DNA of 64,000 nt from Strigamia acuminata (taxonomy: Eukaryota), in contig OX442314.1 in NCBI GenBank assembly GCA_949358305.1, positions 3,100,001 to 3,164,000 on the forward strand, in the 5' to 3' direction. Below, in pieces: positions 1 to 11,644 of the stretch. A program made the position numbers and the translations under genes. The stretch's first letter is position 1; every line of letters starts with the position of its first letter. A model generated the notes under the pieces. It ran no database searches, had not been told where the DNA came from, and saw nothing but the letters and a program-made list of their open reading frames with translations.

Positions 1-349
1 CAAATTTACCGCAAAACCGACCATTTCTGAGGTAAAAGACCCAGAAAAGTACGGTGTTTAGATTGAAATGAAGTGGCAATTGCCATGCAACCATTTAGGA
101 ATCTCAAAAAACCAAATTTCGGACATGTCGGGCATGTCGCGCCAACCCATGTTGTGGTTATTTGTTGTGCCGGCGTCGCGCCAACCAATACGTGCGTCGC
201 GCCAACAAATACGCACGTTATTCGTTGTAGCGACGTCGCCACAACGCATAACCAAAACATGGGTTGGCGCGACAGCGCTACAACGAATGTTGGACGTATC
301 CACGATCGCGACGTCGCGCCAACCCATGTCGCGCGTGGAATAGCGGCCC
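1..349. mobile_element. Right end of a DNA transposon (possibly PIF/Harbinger-like) that interrupts the RT of Copia A
   Basis: The Copia A frame ...FKEREI breaks at 350. The inserted DNA ends ...GGAATAGCGGCCC (GGG terminus on the minus strand) and carries repeated and inverted GTCGCGCCAACC subterminal motifs. The other end is outside the window. Confidence 0.55.
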
Positions 350-836
350 AATTTCACGCTCTTTGAAAGTTCCTAACTCTTCACCGATGGCTTCACGCCA
401 TTTTGGAGCGTCGTCGAATTTGGGAATTTCCGCATACGATGACGGTTCGGTGCGACAGAGGTGAGCGGCATGTCGAGCTGGAGGAATCAACGGTAGCGTA
501 TGCTCTATGTTGCCGAAAAAGAATAACTCGGGGTCGTAAGGGAGATTGTTCATAATACAGAATTCTTCAACGTCTCTGCGAGAACGAAGTCGAAGGCCGG
601 GTTCCGGGAAATAATAGACGTCGATGTCTATCGAACCTGGCTGTTGATCTTTGCGTAGATGTTCTTCGCGAATCCATCTACGGAATACTGTGTTTCCGCC
701 AACATAACGCCAATAGAATGATGTTTTGCCGGCAGAAGGAGCTGCAACATGTGTTGCGCCAGGAGGCAATGGAGACATTTGCCCCTGATCAAAGATTGGC
801 ATTGTGTGCTGCAGAATATTTAGACCAGCTTTCTTT
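350..836 (-). pseudogene. Copia A pol fragment: MBD-like domain and start of reverse transcriptase
   Basis: WIREEHLRK...DVYYFPEPGLRLRS, then EPSSYAE...WREAIGEELGTFKEREI. Confidence 0.9.
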
Positions 837-1100
837 TGTGGAGTTTTTTGGGTTCGAGACAGAGGACGGGCGACAATACGTCACCAGAGGGCGGGCGGAC
901 ATGCACAAATATGTCCGATAGACGTTTTTGGGTAAAACAGCCAATCGGGGGCTGTTCCTTGTGGTCAGCCAATCAGGGCTGACCAGTGCGATATATAAAG
1001 AAGAATTGTTTGTTAATAAAGTTACTTGAAGTTAACTAGAGCTTGTAGTTGTGTCTTGGTAATTTCGGGTCAGCTAGTCTCAGCTTTGGGATAGTTTACA

Positions 1101-1113
1101 TCAGAAGTGGGAT
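1101..1113 (+). promoter_or_regulatory. G1 primer binding site, tRNA-Leu (3'-truncated type)
   Basis: TCAGAAGTGGGAT directly after the LTR. It is complementary to tRNA-Leu ...ATCCCACTTCTGA(CACCA), as in mdg3/micropia-lineage elements. Confidence 0.75.
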
Positions 1114-1318
1114 AGATGGACTTTATGCGACGATAAAGTAGACTACAGTAGACGAAAGTAGACGAAAGTAGACGGAAAAGTAGAAGAAAAACGAGAAGAC
1201 GATTGTTTTTGGGCGACGGAAGCGGAATTTGGGTTGGCAAATAACGCGTGGACGGTTCGGGAAACGAGAGACGATTCGCTGGAACACCGCGTGTTACGAA
1301 GGTTAGCCGAATTGCGAG

Positions 1319-2791
1319 ATGGCCGGAGCGAAAACAGGGACGGATGGCGTGTTTAGTGAAGACCAAATGCTAACGCAAATGATGAAAATGATGATGGAAA
1401 TGATGCAGACGATGCAGACGACGCAGAAGAAACCGGAGGAGCTGAAAGAGAAGAAAGAAGTAAAGAACCCGCCGAAGTTACCACGTGTTACGAAGATCAC
1501 GAATGAAAAGATGGTCGAAAGACAAGCGATTTTAGAGGAGATCCAGCGTGGAGAAATTCCAATGTTTGCCGAATGGATGAAGTTGAAAATTCGGGACATA
1601 AAACCATTGTTACAAACTCGTAACATTGTGCCAACGGAGTCGAAATTTGATATGATATGTCAATTGCGACGAGCGATGCGTGCGGAAGCAGGAATCGTAG
1701 AAGAAGAAGAAAGCGAAGACGAAGAAGATGACGAAAATGACGTAGAAGAAACGGTTCGAAATACAGTTGTGACGATCCGAAACAAAGACGCGATCAAGAC
1801 GGATCAGAAAGAGGCGATTGAAACGAATCGGAACGAAGACATGATCGACACAAGTCAAAACAAAGATACGACCGAGACAAATCGAAACGAAGAATCGAGC
1901 GATAAATTGGGCAGCGACGGTGATGTAGTTGAGGACAAGAGTGGCGACGATCTTGGTGCAGAAAGCGAAGTAAATCGAGATGCGAGTTTGAACGAATTTG
2001 ATGCGAGTTCGAACAAATTTGATGCGAGTTTGAACGAGTTTGATGCGAGTCAAGACAAAGATGCGACCGAGACGGATCGAAACGAAGAATCGAGCGATAA
2101 ATTGGACGGCGACTGTGATATGGTTGAGGACGAGAGTAGCGCCGATCTTAGTGAAGACAAGCTTCGAAATGATGACGAGACAATTCGACATGAAGACGAA
2201 AAGAGCGAAAAGAATCGAGATGCGGACGAAGAGAATCGAGATCCGATTAGTGCGAATTCGAGCAAAATTGACACGAGGTTGGAGGAATTGAATGCGCAAC
2301 CGAACGACGTGAACGACGAATTGGACGGGCTTCTGCCGTGCAGAGAAGCGCGACACGAAACGATTCAAAACAAAGAGGAAAACGATGGAGATAGACGCGA
2401 TTTCCAAGCCAAAGGAGACGGGACGAATACCAAAGCATTTGAAGCGAATCTTGGTGCAAAATTGGAAGAGAAAATCGATACTGGATCGAACGACGATGGA
2501 AGGATGAAAAACAGACGACGAAGGAACAGAAGACGAAAGAAAAATAGAATAACGAGCAGCGGCGGGACAAGGACGCGAACGAAAGAGATAGAAACGGCTG
2601 TGATTCGATCCACGAGAAGCGTAGAGACAGGCCACGAGGACGAAACGAGCAATGAGAAGAAGCACAAGCCAAGTGATCAAACGCGGAAATGGATGTTCAA
2701 AGACGACGCAATGTCGGAAGCAGAGGACGAGGCGTCGGCGAGGACGCCGACGTTTAGTCGGATGACCGAGTGTGGAGTTTTTCGGGTTTGA
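1319..2791 (+). CDS. 490-aa acidic, gag-derived ORF of G1 (gag N-terminal and SAP-like modules, internal repeats, integrase C-terminal tail)
   Basis: Open ORF. The N-terminal blocks match G2 gag (46440-46860) and the C-terminal KWMFKDDAMSEAEDE matches the G2 integrase end KWTFEDDATSGAEDE. Confidence 0.65.
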   Translation: MAGAKTGTDGVFSEDQMLTQMMKMMMEMMQTMQTTQKKPEELKEKKEVKNPPKLPRVTKITNEKMVERQAILEEIQRGEIPMFAEWMKLKIRDIKPLLQTRNIVPTESKFDMICQLRRAMRAEAGIVEEEESEDEEDDENDVEETVRNTVVTIRNKDAIKTDQKEAIETNRNEDMIDTSQNKDTTETNRNEESSDKLGSDGDVVEDKSGDDLGAESEVNRDASLNEFDASSNKFDASLNEFDASQDKDATETDRNEESSDKLDGDCDMVEDESSADLSEDKLRNDDETIRHEDEKSEKNRDADEENRDPISANSSKIDTRLEELNAQPNDVNDELDGLLPCREARHETIQNKEENDGDRRDFQAKGDGTNTKAFEANLGAKLEEKIDTGSNDDGRMKNRRRRNRRRKKNRITSSGGTRTRTKEIETAVIRSTRSVETGHEDETSNEKKHKPSDQTRKWMFKDDAMSEAEDEASARTPTFSRMTECGVFRV

Positions 2792-3034
2792 GACAGAGGA
2801 CGGGCGACAATACGTCACCAGAGGGCGGGCGGACATGCACAAATATGTCCGATAGACGTTTTTGGGTAAAACAGCCAATCGGGGGCTGTTCCTTGTGGTC
2901 AGCCAATCAGGGCTGACCAGTGCGATATATAAAGAAGAATTGTTTGTTAATAAAGTTACTTGAAGTTAACTAGAGCTTGTAGTTGTGTCTTGGTAATTTC
3001 GGGTCAGCTAGTCTCAGCTTTGGGATAGTTTACA

Positions 3035-4906
3035 CTTTCGTAACGTGATAAAACGATTTGGTGATATCGGTGGTGAAAGGCCGGGAGAACTGGCATTGGA
3101 CGTTTCCGGTGACACATGGGCAGACTGATTCAGTCGCAATTCTTCCGCGTCCGGTTGAACCGCAAATTCCTCGATCTGCTCGGCGTCATCGTCGGTGTCC
3201 TGCCCTTCAGCTATCTGTTCATGTTACTCATTAGTAATCAGATGCGATACGGAACCACGAGCTGGAGTTGGCAATGTTGATGCACAAAGTTCCAATAATT
3301 GTCGTTCCGGCGTTGATGGGGGTGGAATGTGAACAATCTGCATAGGTGGCGTCTTTGATTTAGAAGCCGACTTAGATACAGATTTTTCTTCGGATATCGA
3401 ATGCTCATCATCTGATGCTGGCTTGATCGACCAGTCCGCATATTGGACAGTTTCGTTGAATGACACTCTTTGTTGTTCATTGTTGGGTTCGTAAAAGGAC
3501 TCGTTGTTGCCATTTGGTATATTTCGTAGAAATTTGCGGTACGATTGATGTTCGTCTATGCGGACGTGGGCTGATTCGGTGACTTTATTGTCGATGGGAT
3601 TCCAAATCTTGTAGCCACGTGTTGCAACCGCGTACCCGACGAGATATCCTTCCCATGCGCGTGGATCAAGCTTTTTACGGCCTGGCACTGTGTAGTGGAC
3701 CCAACATTTAGATCCTATCTTTCGTAAGTGTCGTAAAGATAGTGCTCGTTCACGCCAAAGTATGTATGGGACTTGATTTTTCAAACGTGAATGAGGACTT
3801 CTATTCTTGATATAAGCAAAAGTCACTGCAAGCTCTGCCCATAGACCGGCCGGAAGTTTGGTTTCTTCATGAATCGCGCGGATGTTGTCTGCCATTGTCC
3901 TGTTGATGCGTTCGGCCGTTCCATTCATCTGTGGGCTCGATGGGTTCGTTCGCTGTCTTTGGATCCCTTTGTCTTTCAAATAGCGCTCGAATTCATTTGA
4001 CATGAACTCGCCGCCGCGGTCTGTGCGAATGGCTTTGATTGTTGTGTTCGCAACCCGTTCGACTCTAGCGGCGAAGTCCTTAAAGCATGCGAAGACTTGA
4101 GACTTCTGCGCCAATGGGGTTATCCAAGTATACCTCGTGGCGTCATCTATGATTGTTAGGACAAAACGAGCTCCACCGAAAGATGTTGCAGGAGCCGGGC
4201 CCCACACGTCCATATGGAGGAGGTCGAGTGCTTTAGTAGTACTCGGGTGAAGGTCCGGTTTGTGCGAAATTTTAATTGATTTTGCAAGACGACAGTCGTT
4301 GCAAGCGAGTTCCTGTTTGACTTCTCCAGGTTCCATTCCGTAAACTTGGTCGTTATTCGCCAACAGGCGCATTGCATTTGTGTGCAAATGCCCTAATCTG
4401 CAATGCCATAGACCCGTAGCATCCTTTACGTTTGCAGGGTTAGCAATGACCTTCTTTGGTGATATAGAAGGATTGCTCGGAGGAGGAGGTATGGCAGGAG
4501 GAGCATTAGGTAATGGCGTTGTCGGAATGGATTGGAGAACGTTGGAATAGGAATGGATAGGAGGATCAGGCTGGACATTTGTGGATTTAGGAGCAGTTTG
4601 AGACTGGATAGGATTGACGATTTGATTCGGGATTTGCTTCGGAATTGGTGGCATTTGAATGCGAAAATCCGTAATATTGTCTTGACCCGATTTGCCTCTT
4701 TTCGGTTTCGGAATGTTCTCAAAATCCACTTCTGTGGTGACATAAGTCAGGACCGGCGTTTGCTGAATGGGTGTCGGAATTATCGTCGACACTGGAGTCG
4801 AAACCGTCGTAGCCACAGAAGGTGTTGAACATAAACCGTCCACATAATATAATCCTGCCTTCTCCTTTGCCCGAAGAATAGAGCTCCGAATGTCCGATTG
4901 ATAGAT
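3035..4906 (-). pseudogene. Copia A pol fragment: GAG-pre-integrase and integrase; in-frame TAA at 3224-3226
   Basis: LWHCRLGH...CNDC zinc motif, HMDVWGP, IRTDRGGEF, NGTAER, KLDPRAWEGYLVGY. Confidence 0.93.
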
Positions 4907-5900
4907 CGACGCGGACCAAATTGGCGATGGCCAGATTGGCGACGGTCCCAAATTGGCGATGGGCGTATTTGGCGCCGAATTTTAAATTCCTAATGATTTC
5001 AATGAAATTTAAAATTGGCGAGCTCCCAAATTGGCGATAGGTCAAATTGGCGATGGGTCAAATTGGCGATGGGTCAAATTGGCGAGCTCCCAAATTGGCG
5101 ATGGGTCAAATTGGCGATGGGTCAAATTGGCGATGGGTCAAATTGGCGATGGGTCAAATTGGCGATCGCGAGAAAACGCGAGAAAACACGAGAATTTCAC
5201 ATGAGAATCTCGTGTCTTCTCTCGTTTTCTAATAACAATGAAAAAAATGTTTTTTATCACATGTTTTGTATTTTCAGGATACCAGAGCTTCTAGAACAAA
5301 CTTTTTCCCATTTCTTTCCATTTATTTTGTAAAAAAGAAATAAAAAAACTTCATTTCGCCTAAATAAAGTTGTTTTCATTTTAATATTGATTTGATTTGA
5401 TTGATTTGATTTTTTTGAACGTTAATTGGCATTATAAAGTGTGTACACACTGGCCTAATCAATCAATGGAAAAAACACCGCCCAAAATCCGCGCCGGCAG
5501 GCTGCTTAGCGCATTTACCCGGTGCTTCACTGCAACACATCGACGCCATTTTTTTTTCGGTTTTTCACCGTTTTTCATGGTTTTCAACTGCTTTTAACTC
5601 GTTTTTATCATTTTTTTTATGATTTCTTAGGGTTTTTTTCATTTTTAAACCGTTTTTTACGGGTTTTAATGTTTTTTTTCCAGTTTTTTTCGGTTTTTTG
5701 ATGATTTTTTAAGGTTTTTTTAAGTTTTAATTGGTTTTTCACAGTTTTTAATAATTTTTTTGGTTTTAATACGTGTTTTATCATCTTTTATGTGTTTTTT
5801 CAGTTTTAATAGAGTTTCTAACAATTTTTTTCGTAAATTTTCAGTTTTAATCAAGATTTCTTACAATTTTTACGTGTTTTCAGTTTTAATCGAGATTCCT
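4907..5900. repeat. Left long TIR of the MULE, with GGGTCAAATTGGCGAT tandem array (about 4915-5165)
   Basis: Reverse complement of about 8575-9587. Confidence 0.88.
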
Positions 5901-6008
5901 TATAATTTTGTTTTACAACGAATTAGTAATTGTCCACACATACAAGATATAAATTTTTTTTTTTTATTTTTTCAAAAGAAATATGTAATTAAATGTAATG
6001 AACACACT

Positions 6009-8378
6009 TTAGGTAAATAACTGACGGAGGTGTTTGCGCTTCTTGATTACTTCACGACACACATGACATTTTAGCTGTATGTTAAGTTTGACTTCCTTCA
6101 TTGCACACGCTGCACAAACCATGTGCCCACACTTGTAACATATATTACACTGATTTGTGCTACACAACTGGCAGGTGAAAATGGTGTCTTCGGCCGTAGG
6201 GACCAAGTTTACTAGCGCTGCAGTCAAGAAGTCCACCAACTCAATGGCCAATGTGCGTACTTCTGGAGCTAAGTTGCTGACATCACGTAATCGCTGTTGC
6301 TCCCCTATCTGGTAAAACTGGTCTGGTGCAATACCTAGCTGCACATGTGGTTGCGGCACTTGAGCAGGTGGCGGCGGCAATGTTGCGGCAATGTTACGCC
6401 GTGTGCTGCGTCGCAGCATTGGCCTCTCTATGTCGGGACTCGGCGACCTAATCCGCCTTTGACCATGCCTTGGTTCGAATTGTGGCTCTGGTCTTGGCTC
6501 GGGCAATGGTTCGATCTCTAGCTCTGGTCTTGGCTCGGGCAATGGTTCGATCTCTAGCTCTGGTCTTGGCTCGGGCAATGGTTCGATCTCTAGCTCTGGT
6601 CTTGGCTCGAGCCTCGGATGAGTACGTGGTGGACCTCGAGTATGTGGTCGACCTCGAGTACGTGGTCGACCTCGGGAACGTCGTGGTGCATCGGGGGCAC
6701 GAGTTACAGTCGCAGTACGGCCCGTTGTCGCAGTACGGCCCGGCCCCGCACGGCGTGCAACTTGCAGTGGGTTTCTCGCTGCAGCAATAGCTTCATCCAA
6801 ATTAAAGTTTGGCGGGTCAGTGGGCAACTCAGGAACACGATAACGACCAGTTAAGTTCACTTCTGGAATTCGGGGCTCAACGATGGGTGCACCCAGCAAA
6901 CCATTCGGTACTAAGCCTTCATAGTTCAACGCAAAACCACCCCTCATTGTCGACACGCGCCATGCCATGGCCTTCAAGAATTCCATCTCATTCAAGGTGT
7001 GGTCGCTAAACTTGGTCATCAAGCTTTTGATACACTTATCGTTTAGCAAGTAAAACTTGCATTGTACCTGCTGGGTATCTAAACCCCGCATCTCTTGCTC
7101 GAAGTTTACCACAGCAGTGTGGTCCACCTGCGACAAAGCCACCACGAAGTTTACTGGCAGTGTTTGTTTGCCCAATGTGGCAGGCAGAGAAGAGTGCCAC
7201 GACTCCAGACTGTTATTCGTGCGGTGTGACAGCCCAAAGACACTAAAACGAGTTGCAGAGACGCCGTCCAACCAGTAGTCTCGAAAATACGCCAAAAAGT
7301 CAGTCATAAGCTCGCCTATTGTCCCAACACGCGCTGCCGAAGCCCAGTAAGCCTGTATCAGCTCGAACCCAATTGCCACGTTTTCTGCTGGCAAGTATAC
7401 CAAGGACATGACTAAATGAATGACTGCCCATGCGTATTCGTCGGTGCTGTAAAATGGCTGCAAACCTAGCTGCATCGCCTTGCGCCGCAGCGCTTCGCAA
7501 AAGTGAAAACTGCAGTGAACCACATTACACGAAGGAAAGGCGGATTCCAGCGCTGTGTACATAGCGGGCTCGAAGTCTGTCATGAACGTGCTACCAATCA
7601 CAATTGCATCCATTATGAGTGCCAAGTGGCCAAACAATCGATCATAAGCGCACCGCGTTTTGTTTGTCATCAGACCGAAACAGAATGGGATTAACTTTTC
7701 TCTCACCATCGCCTGGACACTAAGAAACTGGTAGAACGAACCGTTTGTGACATCAGGAAATTTGGGGACAACTTTGAAAGTAGCATCCGTGTGATACTCC
7801 TTACTTCTGGCTTGTAATTGGACACAAAGGGCTCGATTTATGAAAAAGACAGTCACCGAGCCGTCCGCACCGATCAGAGTGGCATCATAAATATACGAAA
7901 GGCGATCCTCCTCTGCAATTCCATGCTTTTGTGTTTCAAAAAAATTATAAAAAGAATTTAGGTTGTCAAGTTTTGGCACTTCTCTGCGACAAAGTCGGCT
8001 CAATATCGACTTGTAGGCTTTGAAAGGGCGATCCGCTGCAACATCTGGATACTTGAGGCAGAGTTTGTCGTATTCCGGTTTCTTCGCCGCTGATGGGTTC
8101 AATTTTTTACAATTGTTCACCAACTCGTACACAAACAATTTACTGTTAACAATCAGCGGCGTCGTCCCATGCGAATGCGCGGTAGTCAAAGCGAAAGAAA
8201 AAGTGGTGAGGTTGAGCTGCCCACGGCCCAGGCACGTCCGAACATTGCACCGCATGAGCCTGACGTTGCAATCGTGCTTCAAAACCTTGTCTTCACGATA
8301 TACGAACTTTTGGCCATCATACCACTGGCGTGATTCGAGTTTTGAATGCGTTGGAATTAAAGTCAGGGTAGTAGCCAT
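6009..8378 (-). CDS. MULE transposase, 789 aa: FLYWCH-like Zn finger, MULE DDE domain, AT-hook-like and Pro/Glu repeats, C-terminal RING finger
   Basis: RC-x4-C...H-x-H; HTDATFK; MTDFEPAM; CSFHFCEAL; RTNNSLESWH; RGRP x2; PEPRPELEIEPL repeats; C3HC4 pattern CQLC..CGH..CAAC..CHVC. Confidence 0.9.
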   Translation of the reverse strand: MATTLTLIPTHSKLESRQWYDGQKFVYREDKVLKHDCNVRLMRCNVRTCLGRGQLNLTTFSFALTTAHSHGTTPLIVNSKLFVYELVNNCKKLNPSAAKKPEYDKLCLKYPDVAADRPFKAYKSILSRLCRREVPKLDNLNSFYNFFETQKHGIAEEDRLSYIYDATLIGADGSVTVFFINRALCVQLQARSKEYHTDATFKVVPKFPDVTNGSFYQFLSVQAMVREKLIPFCFGLMTNKTRCAYDRLFGHLALIMDAIVIGSTFMTDFEPAMYTALESAFPSCNVVHCSFHFCEALRRKAMQLGLQPFYSTDEYAWAVIHLVMSLVYLPAENVAIGFELIQAYWASAARVGTIGELMTDFLAYFRDYWLDGVSATRFSVFGLSHRTNNSLESWHSSLPATLGKQTLPVNFVVALSQVDHTAVVNFEQEMRGLDTQQVQCKFYLLNDKCIKSLMTKFSDHTLNEMEFLKAMAWRVSTMRGGFALNYEGLVPNGLLGAPIVEPRIPEVNLTGRYRVPELPTDPPNFNLDEAIAAARNPLQVARRAGPGRTATTGRTATVTRAPDAPRRSRGRPRTRGRPHTRGPPRTHPRLEPRPELEIEPLPEPRPELEIEPLPEPRPELEIEPLPEPRPEPQFEPRHGQRRIRSPSPDIERPMLRRSTRRNIAATLPPPPAQVPQPHVQLGIAPDQFYQIGEQQRLRDVSNLAPEVRTLAIELVDFLTAALVNLVPTAEDTIFTCQLCSTNQCNICYKCGHMVCAACAMKEVKLNIQLKCHVCREVIKKRKHLRQLFT

Positions 8379-8574
8379 CGCAGATCAGTTTGGAATGATA
8401 ATTCGTCTGTTGTTAAAAGATGAAGAACGGTCGCATCGATTGTAGGAGAACACGAAACGCACGCTATTGTCACGATACAAGAAGTGACCGGAAGTCACGT
8501 GACTATGTGATTGGTCCGTGAGATTACACCCAACTCCCCCTGCCGGTGTCACGTACGCAAAATGTACGTATCAC

Positions 8575-9587
8575 GTAAAAATTGTAAGAAATCTCGATTA
8601 AAACTGAAAAAACACAAAAAAAATTGTTAGAAACTCTATTAAAACTGAAAAAACACATAAAAGATGATAAAACACGTATTAAAACCAAAAAAATTATTAA
8701 AAACTGTGAAAAACCAATTAAAACTTAAAAAAACCCTAAAAAATCATCAAAAAACCGAAAAAAACTGGAAAAAAAACATTAAAACCCGTAAAAAACGGTT
8801 TAAAAATGAAAAAAACCCTAAGAAATCATAAAAAAAATGATAAAAACGAGTTAAAAGCAGTTGAAAACCATGAAAAACGGTGAAAAACCGAAAAAAAAAT
8901 GGCGTTGATGTGTTGCAGTGAAGCACCGGGTAAATGCGCTAAGCAGCCTGCCGGCGCGGATTTTGGGCGGTGTTTTTTCCATTGATTGATTAGGCCAGTG
9001 TGTACACACTTTATAATGCCAATTAACGCTGAGGCCAGTGTGTACACACTTTATAATGCCAATTAACGTTCAAAAAAATCAAATCAATCAAATCAAATCA
9101 ATATTAAAATGAAAACAACTTTATTTAGGCGAAATGAAGTTTTTTTATTTCTTTTTTACAAAATAAATGGAAAGAAATGGGAAAAAGTTTGTTCTAGAAG
9201 CTCTGGTATCCTGAAAATACAAAATATGTAATAAAAAACATTTTTTTCATTGTTATTAGAAAACGAGAGAAGACACGAGATTCTCATGAGAAATTCTCGT
9301 GTTTTCTCGCGTTTTCTCGCAATCGCCAATTTGACCCATCGCCAATTTGACTCATCGCCAATTTGACCCATCGCCAATTTGACCCATCGCCAATTTGACC
9401 CATCGCCAATTTGACCCATCGCCAATTTGACCCATCGCCAATTTGGGAACACGGTTCCCATTTAATGGGTTCGGCGATCGCCAATTTGCAATTTCCGATT
9501 TGGCCGTCGCCAATTTGACCCATCGCCAATTTGCAATCGCAAATTTGGCCGTCGCCAATTTGGCGGTCGCCAATTTGGTCCCCGCCC
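8575..9587. repeat. Right long TIR of the MULE, with inverted 16-bp array (about 9322-9580)
   Basis: Reverse complement of the left arm, plus an extra internal duplication near 8990-9070. Confidence 0.88.
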
Positions 9588-10825
9588 TGATAGATATTGA
9601 CTTCACCGTTGTAGAAATGTATGTGATGACGTGTTTTATCAATTTTAGACACCGAAATCAAATTGGCTTCGAAGTTCGGTGCAAAAAGTACATTCGTCAA
9701 ATTCACAATACAATTGCAGTCGTCTATCCTGGTGAGCAGTCGGACGTTTCCTTTCCCAGTCACCTTGGACTTGCCTTGTCCGAGTTGGATGTTGAAAGGC
9801 ACGATGTCCACAAAATCCGTAAACCAAGCCCGAACATATGAAAAGTGGTCCGTCGCGCCACAGTCGACAATCCATTCGTTGGATTGCATGAAATGAGCGA
9901 CTGGGCGCGCTGGGGCTTGCGGGGCACTGGCGAAGAATGTCCCTTCTCGTGTTGGACGAGAACAACCACGCGGACGCGTATCATCGGGTTTTGGCGCGGA
10001 ATTTTTGTTGCGCTTCTTGCTCTTACTCCGAGAGCGTTGGAAAGAAGCCGATGCCGAGGGTTGATTGCGATCCTCCCGCCGTGGATGGGGACACTTGTTC
10101 GCGTAGTGGCCCATCTCATTACAGTTGAAACATTTAATTTCGGATAAAGGTCGACGAGGACGAGAATTCTTCCGGGATTGTTGGCCTTTTACAGACGAAT
10201 GCACAGAAGACGAGTGCACATTATGTAATCCCATCGGTTTTAGTCGGAGATATTCGGAAATCAACTGTTCAGCGACTTTGGTCGGTGTGAATTCCGGATC
10301 GGGCCAATGATATATGGCAAACGTTGCCTGTGCGTATTCGGGCGGTAATCGGTTGAGGTATTGATATGCATGATGATCGGGTGTCGTAACTTCTTTGATA
10401 TCTGCCAATTGACGGACGAAGTGATCCACTCGATTGATAAAATCCTGCATTTCCTCATTGGGTTCGAGATGTAGAGTCAAGAACTCAGACCGTAATGCTG
10501 CCCGTCGTGCCCGCGAACTAGGCGCGTACGCTTTAGCCAGGACGTCCCATGCCTGTTTGGGAGTATCACAATTGTCCAGGGCTGAACGTTTCGGTTCGCT
10601 GACATACATGTAAATGTGTCCGAGAGCTTTGTCCTTTTTAACCATGTAACGTTCTTTTTCTTTGTCCGTTAAAGTCAAAAGATGATCGGCCTCCTTCTCT
10701 TCCGTCACATGCCTCCAAAGGCCCTCGGATTTCAAAAGCATCCGCATCGCTCTCTGCCAGGGCTCGTAATTCCCAACAGAGAGGATGGGAATCCTGCTGA
10801 CCGTCGTTTCCGTTGTCTTTTGCAT
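9588..10825 (-). pseudogene. Copia A gag, CCHC knuckle and protease
   Basis: NYEPWQRAMRMLLKSEGLW; CFNCNEMGHYANKC; WIVDCGATDHF. Confidence 0.93.
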
Positions 10826-11644
10826 CGTTGCGAAGATTCAGCGCACCACGCAAAACACACGGACTCAGGAAATGGTATAACGGCGATCGAAGCACTTCAC
10901 TAAGGCACAAAGAGGTGTGGACGAATGTTTGTTCACACAAAATCGTTGCACTATTCACTAAATCACCTCCCACGTGGTTCAAAGCGGATATCACCAGATG
11001 GGGAGCCAATGCTAAAATTGGCTGAGAACCTAAAGCAAGTGTCCCCCTAGCTTCCTTTATAGCCACCTGGGGCTGCAGGAGTGCTAGGTGGCGCAGGGCT
11101 CAGCCTTGCTTTAGAATACAAACACCGCTTGGACAGACTTGTCCGTAGGGCAGTGCCGATGCTAAAGGATCCCTTCCAAAATACCCACTTAAAACTAACA
11201 AATAAAATCGACAGGGAAGGCGAAAGGTGATGAATCTCCCGTGGAAGGTCACACGGGCTCGCGACAAAGCACAAGACGGGTTTTCTCGAAAAACCCGCTA
11301 GAAAAGCGTGTTAATTTGTGGTCCAATGTAGTGTGGATTAACTCATTCAGCAGTGGTATGAAAAACATCTATTGTGAAAGCAAGCACAAACACCATCTTC
11401 ACCTGGTTGAAGAGAAACATCAAGTGTGATTTATTGTCCAGTCATGTGACTGGGAGAAAGTAAACAACGCCCCCTTTGGGCAGAATACATAAGTTATTTG
11501 TGACAAATACTGCAGCCAATCGTGCAGCTAAGATAGTGTACAAATTAACAAGTATACAATCTAAAGAACAACATCGCTTGATGATACGAAATAATACAGA
11601 CAGTTATAACACATAAAAGCCTAACATTCGGCCCCCTCGTAATA

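Larger units (their letters stand above)
837..3034 (+). mobile_element. Non-autonomous Gypsy-type LTR element G1 (relative of G2), inserted in Copia A
   Basis: 264-bp TG..CA LTRs at 837-1100 and 2771-3034 (2 differences). 4-bp TSD CTTT. PBS TCAGAAGTGGGAT. No pol domains. Confidence 0.93.
4907..9587 (-). mobile_element. Mutator/MULE (Phantom/foldback-like) DNA transposon inserted in Copia A
   Basis: 8-bp TSD TGATAGAT (4899-4906 and 9588-9595). About 1-kb inverted arms beginning with 16-bp tandem arrays. One transposase ORF. Confidence 0.92.

Noticed and set aside
1610..2878. 422-aa antisense ORF in G1 (and similar antisense ORFs in G2, e.g. 51460-52332)
   Set aside because: Shadow frames of purine-rich coding strands with no recognisable motifs
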